The position numbers and the translations under genes were made by a program. The notes below the pieces were generated by a model. That model had not been told where the DNA came from, did not search any database, and worked only from the letters and a program-made list of their open reading frames with translations. Shown here one piece after another: positions 55,150-64,000 of a DNA stretch of 64,000 bases. The stretch's first letter is position 1. The number at the start of each line of letters is the position of its first letter. Origin of the DNA: Amoebidium appalachense (taxonomy: Eukaryota; Protista; Ichthyosporea). Location: positions 10,072,468 through 10,136,467 of the forward strand of contig CAVNZM010000004.1 of assembly GCA_963693365.1 (NCBI GenBank). Direction: 5' to 3'.

Positions 55150-58100
55150 TGTGTGTGTGCATAAGTGTGTGTGTGGCACAGGCAATCGAGAGTTTTTCTT
55201 CGTCTGTGTACATTTGTGTGTGGGGGGCGGGGGGGACGGGGGGTGAGATGGGAAAATTAATCAGGCTAAGCAAGAAGAGGGAGAAGAGGGCTGGAGGGGA
55301 GAGAGCAAGAGCTGGGGAGGAGAGGAGAGAGAGGGAACAAAAAATCAGCAACTATTTGGCCACAACCGGCGGGGAAAGGGCTGTTAATTAAAGCGTAACA
55401 GAGGGGCAAAGTGGGGCATAACAGTGCCCCGGGGGAGAGGGGGGGGGGGGGGGGGGGGTTTTGCAAAAGCAAAAAACAAACACGCAGCCACATCAGGGAA
55501 GTGGAGTGACAGTCGGAGGAGGGGTGTGGGGTGGCGTGCGTTTTTTTTCTTTTTTTTTTTTGGGGGGGGGGGGGGGGGGGGAGGGGGAGGGGGGGGGAGG
55601 GGGGAAAGGGGGTGTGTGGTGGTGGTGGTGGTGGTGGTGGTGGTGGTGTGGGGGGGGGAGTGGGGGGGGGGTGGGAGAGGCGGGGGCCAGGGGGGGGGGG
55701 GGGGGGGGGGAGGGGGCAAGGCACCATGACGGCATCGAGGAAAGTGCGCAGCTGATCGACGTCCTCACTGATGGAGTCCTGAAGGTGGGAGCTCTCCTGC
55801 ACCTTTAAGCGTCAGCACATGTGCATGGGGCTACATTGGCTCCCTCTTTGCCCTCTCCTTATCTACCAACCTATCCTGACCCTATCCTGCTCACTCCCCC
55901 TCCCCCACCCCCTTCCCCCTCCCCAATCCCACCTTAGCCTACCCAACCCCCTCCCTCCAGCCCTCTCTTCTGAAAACTCCCCTCCATCCCCCTTTTCTTT
56001 TCCTCTCCTGCCCCTTCCTCCTCCCCCTTCACCCTTCCTTTCCTCCACTCCTCCTGCCTTCCCTCCTACACCCCCAAAAAAGAAATGCAAGCCCCCTACG
56101 AGTGCCTCCCTCCACCCCCTAGCCTCCCCTTCCTCTTCCCCCCCCCCTCCCCCCCCCCCCCACCGGCCCATTTGTCCCCATTCCCCCCAAAACGATGTCC
56201 TCGAACCGAGCTCAGACCAAACCGAATATGCTATATCTGTCATACATGTTCCTATCATCCCTGAAGAGCTTTCAAACAGCCACATAACCCCCCCCCCCCC
56301 CCCCAACCCCACCCATCCTTCCCCCCCCCTCACCCCACACACATATACCCCCCCCCCCCCCCCCCCACCCTCAACCCAACCACCCCCGCCCCCACCACCA
56401 CCATCGTGTGTGCACACACAAGATCACGCCCAAGTTACCCTTTACCCTGGCCCATCACCTCTAACCATTTTTGGCTATACTCACTCACCGTTGATTCGCC
56501 CATAGCCTCATGGATAGCGACAATATGTGATGTCTTGATAAGGTTGAGCATGCGCCTGTACTCCTTCTCCTGCTTGGCCACTGCAAACTCGGCAGCAGCT
56601 ATCAACCTGCAAACAAACAGCAAGTGTTACTCAAGAACTAACAACCTGATGGAACCAGTAGGGCGAACGGGGATCCTGTTATCGTGTTGACGAAGGTGAG
56701 CGGGAAAGGCCTGAGGTTGGAGGGGGTTTGAATGCGTCAAAAAGTACGAAGTACACAAGAACAAACGGATAACACGATGCAAAATGCAAGCCATACATGA
56801 AGAGTATGCATAATAAGCAGAGCCCATCCTCAGGGGGGGCCCAGGTCATCCACAGTACCCGAGTTTCGACCTATTCACCTCGTTAACGAAACCCAACTCA
56901 GATACTGTTTCACTTGAACATGGGTAGGTCACCCGTCTTGATCAGAAACGAGCAGGGTTGCTTATGCAGGCAAGGGCAGTGGGAAAGGCCGCGGGTTAAA
57001 GTTGCAGCAGTAAGCAGAAGCAAGAAAAATATAGATAGGAACTCAGGAGACGGGGCTTCTAGGAAGCTCCCCCGTCTGGAGGGGGGGGGGGAAGGGGAGG
57101 GGGGAGGGGGGGGAGGGGGCGCAAGAGGGTTGGGGAGGGTGGGGGGAGGGGGTTGGGGACTAAGGATAGAGGGAAAGGGAGGTTGCCGTGCTGTGTCCGA
57201 AGATAGTGGAGAAGGGAGGAAGGGAGGGGGGGGGGGGGGGGGAAGAGGGCAGGAAAAGGGAGACACTAAGATGTGTGTGCGTGTGCATGTGGCTGGGGAA
57301 GGAAATGTTAGCAAAAAATGTAAGAGAAAACGGGGTTGATTGCTTTTGAAGGCAACCAGAGCACAAACGGGCGCCCATGCCCTGTCCGTGGGCGCTCCCT
57401 GTTGCATCCCCCCCTCACCACGGGCAGGCCGAGGGGGTGTGTGTCTGTGTGTGTGTGTGTAGGGAGGGGGGGAGGGGGGAGATGCCTCTTCCAAAATAGA
57501 CCCTATGTTCTAAAGCCGTGTGAATACGCTGGTGCCATACCCTACCCTGTGCCTGTGTGTCCATGGCTGTCAAAGTCTAGAGCAGATCCCACTGTGAATT
57601 TAAGGTATGAAGCAGAATACACGGGGGGCATAGATTCTTCTGTGATGTTGTCAACTTTTTTTTGGTTGTGCCTGTGACCAGACACTAGGGATGTGAGTGT
57701 TATGTGTAGGTGGTGGCATGAAGTGTGTGTGTGGTTGTTTAATTTGCATGTTTGTTGTTTTCTTTGCAACAGGGGGGGAGGGGAGGGGGGGAGACTGATA
57801 TAGTATTATGAACAGTCAGTTTGGGTAAAAGGGGGGAAAGGGCAAAGGGGGGGGGGGGGGCAACATGCCTTTAGGCTGGCACACAAGAGCTATTAGTTTC
57901 ACTCTTTCAACAAGGAAGCAAGTAACCAACACAAGTTTGTTGTGTTGGTGCATGTGTGGGAAAAAAATTCATAAAGGCATGATTGTGCATATGTGCGTAT
58001 GGGCCTGTGAAGGTGGGGCAAAGAGGGGGAGGGGGAGGAGGGGGAGGGGGGGGAAGGGGGGGGGGGGGGGGGGGGGGAAACCTGCTTGTGGTACCCTCCG

Positions 58101-58480
58101 ACTTGACGTGACTGCTCATGGCAGACACCACCACCACCACATTGTCCTGCTCCAGTGACTTTCTGTTTACAGCCCACAATTAGCTAGCTACCTGCAAGAC
58201 TGTGCAAGCCCTCAAAAAGCGGTTAAGCGGCTACAGCGAATCTAATGTAAACAGGAACTGAATCAGACATCCAAGTAGATGCACTCACTTTCTTTTACAA
58301 CCTACAGCAACATGCAAGTCTTCCGTACAGTGGCTACAGTGAAGGCACACAGAGGGCCACCCACTTGACTATGTCGACAATCTGAAGCATACGTGCGCCG
58401 GTACCCGCGCTGGTCCCACCAAACTTTTGCACCACGGTGGGCTTGTCCGGGCTGGGCTGTACAACCGCTGACTGCGCCAT
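46285..58480 (-). CDS. HOM3: Monofunctional aspartate kinase with two ACT domains (yeast HOM3 / lysC family)
   Basis: 16 exons: 58480-58365, 58162-58082, 56606-56489, 55802-55725, 55013-54918, 53895-53826, 53080-52998, 52172-52088, 51309-51221, 50849-50772, 49996-49912, 49458-49271, 48698-48609, 47951-47849, 47082-47003, 46359-46285. Motifs VQKFGGTS, VVSAMSS..KSEGTTSRL, GEKLAA, VVTGFFG, VGRGYSDFTAA, WKEVDGIFSADPRKV, EAAELSWFGSEVIHP, NIEMISQGASEINISC. Exon 7 rests on splice signals and phase only. Confidence 0.96.
52341..52648 (-). ncRNA. Intronic repeat, copy A: candidate structured RNA of unknown family (aspartokinase intron 7)
   Basis: 308 nt, identical by eye to 54008-54315. Core 52422-52583 folds on the minus strand using G-U pairs. 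The repeat is certain; the ncRNA call is inference. Confidence 0.55.
52666..52930 (-). ncRNA. Diverged copy D of the same intronic element (intron 7)
   Basis: Retains ATAAGCAGAGCCCATCCTCAGGG, GAGTTTCG, CCAACTCAGA and CCCGTCTTGATCA.AGACGAGCAGGGTTGCTT. Core differences largely preserve pairing, while the flank is strongly diverged. Confidence 0.5.
54008..54315 (-). ncRNA. Copy B of the intronic element (intron 5)
   Basis: Identical by eye to copy A. Confidence 0.55.
56727..57033 (-). ncRNA. Copy C of the intronic element (intron 2)
   Basis: About 7 substitutions relative to copies A and B. Confidence 0.55.
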
Positions 58481-58685
58481 TTTTCAGCTAAACAACTATA
58501 GAGCTAAGACGAGAAAAACCTTATGTTTTCAGTGAAACTTCTTTCTGAAAGAACGCCTCGTGCATGCTGCTTTTTCAGGCTGTGAGCCCTTCCAGAATGC
58601 AGATGCTGACCTGTCATTGGTCGCATTTGGCCAATGGTCGCTTATCTGATTTTCCCGTTGCAACGGGCACCAGAACTTTGAAATC

Positions 58686-60161
58686 TTTTTTTTTTCTATA
58701 ATGACCTTATTGATATGCTCAGCAAAATAGAAGCCATCGAGATATCACCGATATCTCGGAGAAGAAAATACAAAAGCCCTCACTCTCGGATACGGAGGAG
58801 ATAACGACTCAAATAATCATACACCCTAGAAAACTCTTAAACATACCGTGGTTCAACACATAGTCAATAGACGTAATATCAGGATTATCTAAATAAGCCA
58901 GTCTTCTAACTTCTAACGGAGTAATCTGAGATAAATAAATACATCTATCTAAGTGTTTACGAGAAAAAGGTTCTGCACAAAAGTGGCACAAACATTTATG
59001 GAAACAAAGGTTACAGCGCCAAAACAAACATTTCCAAGCTATATCACAAGGAGGGGTTAGAATTGCATAATCGGTAAGTGTGGTAGGTTTACGAGAGGAA
59101 GGATAAATATAATTAGCTAATTTACACAACGATTGTAAAGAAAATAGGCGAGTCTCTAATATAAAAAGAAGCACAGGCTCAAGAGCCCTACCATGATACT
59201 CTTTATCACAACGATGAAGCAAAGGATATTGAGTATGAAACCAAGTAACATACTGCTGATAACTAGTAGAAGAGAAAAATAAAGGAGATAAGTATTTAAA
59301 AGGATATCTCGGAATGGGAGAGAGATTGGGATAAGACACTTCGCACGAACATTAGAAAGGCCGGGAACAGGTGCTAAAGAAGGAAAGAATTGCAACAAAG
59401 GATGATAAGAAGGAAGCCTAACCAAATGAAAACAAAAGCGAAGTCCTAATTCATTCATACGCTGGCGCGCCGGAGGGAGACCAAAAACACTCAGCAAGGG
59501 AGCCGCCAAAGGATGCCTACGCGAGGTTCGAGAAATAAACTGGATGAATTCACGCTGAAAGGAATCGAATTCCCCAAGAGCCGCGCGCTGTTGCCGTGGA
59601 GGGGCACACAAGTAACGGGAGGCCATATTCGAAACATGGACGAAGAAAAACTTTATGAAGAGTGAGCAAATTGGCAGGATGAATATATTAGAGATATTTG
59701 CGAATATTCCTTGATAGATATGTAAGCGACCACGCGCACGAGAAATGCGCGAAGTCAAAAGGCGCTCAACCCAGATACCCTTAGAGGTGAAAGGAATACC
59801 TAAATAGTCATAGGAGGACACGATTGGGATAGGCTGATTGTTCAGAGTGTACTGTGCATTGGAAGAAAAGGTGCCGCACTTATCTATCCCAATTTTCATG
59901 AAATTTCGGAAACACCAGTCATCTACTCGAGAAAGCATGTTATTCATGATAGAAGGATCGTGAGTGACTAAGACAATATCATCAGCGAAAAAAAAGGCCG
60001 GAGACACAAGAGTCGCCGGCAACTGGAAATTGTTGAATTTCTATCGCTAAGTCGTCAATACGCCGGCAACTGGAAATTGTTGAATTTCTATCGCTAAGTC
60101 GTCAATAAAGACATCAAAGAGATCGTCAATAAAGACATCAAAGAGATCGTCAATAAAGACA
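58686..60161 (-). mobile_element. 5'-truncated, frameshifted non-LTR retrotransposon (LINE): RT C-terminal half, thumb and CCHC finger
   Basis: Minus-strand motifs LFDVFIDDL, FFADDIVLV, IGIDKCG, YDYLGIPF, FLRPCFEYGLPLL (shifted frame) and CHFCAEPFSRKHLDRC. A 3' UTR ends in a 10-nt poly(A) (T-run 58686-58695). Candidate TSD AAATCT at 58681-58686 and 60162-60167. Confidence 0.9.
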
Positions 60162-60608
60162 AAATCTGGATTAATTATTTGAAGCATATGTACACTTGTT
60201 AGGCACTTGTTAGACACGGTTAGTTATTGAGGCTTATATGTCTGCAAATTGGGCCCCTATCATAAGCTGTTAGGGCTGGGATTGAAGCTCACTGACGAAG
60301 CTCCTGCGCTGTGCGAGAGGCTGGGCACAACTTTGCGTAGACACATATATCATGGGGTTTACGCTGTTTACTCGAGGCAAAGAGAGACCAGTCTCAGGTA
60401 TGGGGGGGGGGTTTGCTCGGAATATCCCCTCAGCGGTATATCATGATCAAGTACATAAATGTCGGGTGATGATTATATATCAGGGTTCCTCGTTACTTTC
60501 TCTACGAGGCACCATGAAGACTAAGAAAACCAATTAGTTGGGCTCCCCGGTTTTTTTTTTTTTTTTTTTTTTTTTTTTCGGGCTCCCCTGGGACACTTGG
60601 TATCAGCT

Positions 60609-60700
<92 letters not shown>

Positions 60701-60773
60701 TGTGTGTGTGTGCTAGAATTTTGTAATGATGTGTTTCTCAAGCCAATCAATAAATCTAATAAACAGGTCATAG

Positions 60774-61757
60774 TTACGTGTGTTTAATAAAATCAAGGAT
60801 GTTGTAATTTTCAGGTAGGCTATCTTTCTGGGTGTCTGTTGTGAATGTGTCATGTGTGTGTTGCGGTATTATGTGGTCTATCAAACTACATTTGGCGATA
60901 CATGATCCTTTAAACTGGTGTGTGTGTTTGTTGTTTGGGCATGTAATTACACGATGCCACCTTATACTTATTAGATAGGCTCCACTGTATAGCACGTGTA
61001 CAGTAAAAGCTGTTTCAAAAGCGTGGTAAGTGATCAATGATACCATCAGCTAGAGAAAGACCAGTTCTACAGGAAGGTAATATGTATTTAGGTGTTATAC
61101 ATTTGCGAGTGCCATATTTGGCAATATGGTTAAGACGGTCATTACATATAATAAAACGAGACATAATAAGGCTTAGTTTTTCAGGGTGTCTGCTTTCATC
61201 GGGTCTAGTGTCGCGTGGTATCTTTTTCCATTTGTTATATTGTGTAATTATTTTGTGATTATGTACATGTCTAATAAGCAAGTGGCAGTCCAAAAGTCAC
61301 ACGCACACTTTTGCGGGGTTTATTTGTATTTGTGCCCGGGGAAGAAGAGAGAGGGAGGGAAGGAGAGAGGGGAGAGGTGGGGAGGGGACAGGTCGGATAG
61401 AGAAGAGAGGGTGGGTGGGCAGATAATTCTTTAAGCGGCTTATGTGCTTATTGAATTTCAGCGCGAGATGGGATACTCTAGCAGCTATTGGGACCATACC
61501 ATATATCGAGAGCGTTATAGGCCCAGGTTTACAACAGTTGTTAGTTAGAAAGGAGGCAACTTCTACTTCAAGGAAATTTGCCAAGGGTTTAAGCGCTCTA
61601 GTTCTCTCTTTCTTGATCCAAGCGACGAGAAGGGGTAAACCATATTCACATGCCGGGAAGACAAAAGTGCGAATAAATGTAAGTCTAACAGAAGGATGAA
61701 GGGGTGTGTCTTTAAAGATATTAGCCGAGAAGAAAGCTAACCGCTTACGAGCCAGCT
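60774..61757 (-). mobile_element. Second, more decayed LINE fragment related to the 58.7-60.2 kb element
   Basis: Minus strand reads HPSVRLTFIRTFVFPACEYGLPLL...LSIYGMVPIAARVSHLALKFNKHISRL, matching RPCFEYGLPLL...LSVFGLPPARQRMNELGLRFCFHLVRL of the neighbouring element. It ends in a Cys/His tail IRWHRVITCPNNKHTHQFKGSCIAKC...NYNILDFI. Boundaries approximate. Confidence 0.75.
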
Positions 61758-62649
61758 CTATGCCGTCGACGACATACAGTATATATGCCAGGTCTCTGTG
61801 ACATGACAGATTTTGCAGATGTAGTTCACATTATTAGCATATATCCAGTACACAACAAGCGAAAAGTAGCTACAACGCAAAAGGTGCACATAGAACATTA
61901 TTAGAGTGAGCGGGGAATAGACCCCAGCTGGAATCCGGAGGCCCATCACCCTACCGGAACTTTGAAGGAGGTGTGAAATTCCTCCTTAGATTTACTCATA
62001 TGATTGGTTAGATAAATCTTTTGTTTACATCATATCTACACTCTGATTGGTTAGACAATACATCTTGCAGCATAACCAATCAAACATCTCCACATTAAAT
62101 ATTTTTCTAAATATAGCAAACAACGAGATTGACTGGATAACCAACTGACCTGAGGCTGTGTGGGTGACTGTGAAGCGGCTACTGCTAGGTCCCGCGTGCT
62201 CTTCTGCTATTTCTTTTGTTATTGTCCTTTTTGTAGTGCACAACTGTGTTATACAGCGGCTGTAGACATGCCCTTATATTGCTTTATATTGTTTTATTTT
62301 TGGACTGCAGAGAAAACCGTAGTCTCATGAATCATGATTAGTGCACTGCAGCTTCATTTACGTAAGACACTACAATATGGCACGCGCAAGCACGTGTTAC
62401 GAGGGTTCTCGCTGACGTCACGGCAATTAGCAGCTCATCAACGTGTTCACAATCTAATCAAGAGCAGAACTGGGAGCCACATTATAAAAGCAAGGAGCAA
62501 AGAGCAAAACGGCCAGACTAGTGAATGCATGTGTGGCTGTGCAGGCCCAGCTAGATGCCAGCACCGAACTGGTTTTTCACATTAACAGTGCTGCTAATAC
62601 TAATAACAACCACAATCTCCGTGTGCATTTGCAACCTTTAGTCATTAAA

Positions 62650-64000
62650 ATGGATCCGTTACGAGGGGCCGAAGAAGGCCAAGATGCGACCAACAGTAGC
62701 TCCATAGCCCTCAATTCACCACAAAAACACACGAGTATTGCAAGTGCAAGCTCCAAGCCAGTCCCATGGTACAGTGTGCGCCGTAACCAAATCTTTATCG
62801 GTGCGGCTGTAGCAGTAGCGGCCCTTTGCATCATTGTTCCATGTGCCGTTTTAATTCCTAAAAACTCCGACAATGGAACGGCAGGGGAGGTAGTTGTGCC
62901 ACAGAAGCGCCTTTGCACGGACGAGGAATTAGTCAACTCGGTTGTCATAAACGAAGTCTACCCCGGCGCTAAGAAATCAGACTGGGTGGAACTACGCAAC
63001 TTGCAGTCAGAGTGCGACGTGTCCCTGGAGGGATGGACCATGATCGATGACAACTCCACACACATTCCCCTCAAGTTTACCGGCCCATGCTCTCGGCTTC
63101 CAGCCAGCTCATACATGGTTGTGTTCCATGGAAAGGACCCCAAAGCATGCCAGTTTAGCTTCGGGCTCTCCGGCACCAACGGTGACTCAGTCATTCTTTC
63201 TCAGAACGGGACAGTGCGGTCCAACGTAACATGGGGTGCAGGTGGAATCCCGGATGGCTCCAGCTATGCCCGTCAGGACGACGGCACATACAAGGCAACT
63301 ACCACCATCACTAAGGGCAAACCAAACACCAACTTTACCGCGCCTGTCCCCATGGATTTTGGCCGCACTTACCCCATTGCCGACGCACCCAGTGCCTACA
63401 CCGGCAACTTCACGTGGGACACTGTCGACACCCTTGAAATCCAAACGTGGGAGACAGAGGGTGCCACCTGGGACGACATGTACAATCAGGAGAGACCGGC
63501 TGGCAACGCCACAAAGAAAATCAGCATTGGTGCATGCATCCGCACAAAGGACTACCCCTCCGACCTCGCCCAACCGTGCGGTAGTATTTTCATCCGGGGT
63601 GCCACTTCCCGCCTTGCCGATATCAAGTCATTCGGCGTAAAGCTCGACAAAAATGCCCCGCTTGGAAAATGGCGTGGAACCCGCAAACTTATTCTATCCC
63701 GCTCCCCTTGGGACTATAGTTTGCTCAGACACGCCTTTGGCTACGAACTCGTGCGCAAAATTCCCCACATGGTCTCCCTTAACGCAAATTTCGTCAACGT
63801 GAAAATTAACGGCACTGTGTGGGGGCTCTATACCGTCGTCGAGGAGCCAGATGATGATATGCTTAAGGCACATGGTTTGGACAAGAACGGGTTTATGCTT
63901 AAGGCAAAAGATTATCACTTTTCGCCCCCTCGCGAGGGTTGGCCCGAAACCCAAGATTGGCTCGACCCGCAAACACACGAAGACGACGCAATCTGGTACG
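62650..64000 (+). CDS. Membrane-anchored lamin-tail-domain (LTD) + CotH-family kinase protein; intronless; truncated by the window end
   Basis: Open from ATG 62650 for 450 codons to the edge, hence missing from the ORF track. Hydrophobic anchor IFIGAAVAVAALCIIVPCAVLI. LTD signature VVINEVYPG...DWVELRN...VSLEGWTMID...FSFGLSGTNGDSVIL...SSYAR. CotH signature IRGATSR...KSFGVKLD...DYSLLRHAFGYEL...FVNVKINGTVWGLYTVVEEPDDDMLK. Confidence 0.88.
   Translation, partial: MDPLRGAEEGQDATNSSSIALNSPQKHTSIASASSKPVPWYSVRRNQIFIGAAVAVAALCIIVPCAVLIPKNSDNGTAGEVVVPQKRLCTDEELVNSVVINEVYPGAKKSDWVELRNLQSECDVSLEGWTMIDDNSTHIPLKFTGPCSRLPASSYMVVFHGKDPKACQFSFGLSGTNGDSVILSQNGTVRSNVTWGAGGIPDGSSYARQDDGTYKATTTITKGKPNTNFTAPVPMDFGRTYPIADAPSAYTGNFTWDTVDTLEIQTWETEGATWDDMYNQERPAGNATKKISIGACIRTKDYPSDLAQPCGSIFIRGATSRLADIKSFGVKLDKNAPLGKWRGTRKLILSRSPWDYSLLRHAFGYELVRKIPHMVSLNANFVNVKINGTVWGLYTVVEEPDDDMLKAHGLDKNGFMLKAKDYHFSPPREGWPETQDWLDPQTHEDDAIWY

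Noticed and set aside
52341-57033. The intronic repeats as duplicated coding exons or a CRISPR-like array
   Set aside because: They show no aspartokinase similarity, contain stops, are not needed to complete the protein, and lack repeat-spacer periodicity.

Overview
Eukaryotic, intron-rich DNA using the standard genetic code, with GT-AG introns, (T)ACTAAC-type branch points and introns full of poly-C/poly-G, (CA)n and (GA)n. Most entries in the supplied ORF track are low-complexity artefacts. A yeast-HOM3-like aspartokinase, a Janus/PHPT1 gene and a CotH gene fit a unicellular opisthokont; that assignment is inference only. Manual splicing gives: a disrupted Cys-repeat/Thr-rich surface-protein gene (-), a phosphohistidine phosphatase with an apparent mitochondrial presequence (+), a 5-ankyrin/coiled-coil gene (+), a 28-exon gene of about 20 ankyrin repeats, an IRAK/Pelle-like pseudokinase and a RING finger (+), an alpha/beta hydrolase (-), a 16-exon aspartokinase (-), and an intronless membrane-anchored lamin-tail/CotH kinase running off the right edge (+). 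Mobile DNA comprises a ~340-bp miniature LTR element (TRIM) with a tRNA-iMet primer site and two related, truncated LINEs upstream of aspartokinase. The most unusual signal is a ~308-nt element repeated only in aspartokinase introns. Its ~160-nt core folds by eye, in the gene's sense orientation, into a multi-stem, possibly pseudoknotted RNA with compensatory changes between copies, and I could not match it to a known family. All folding and alignment were done by hand.
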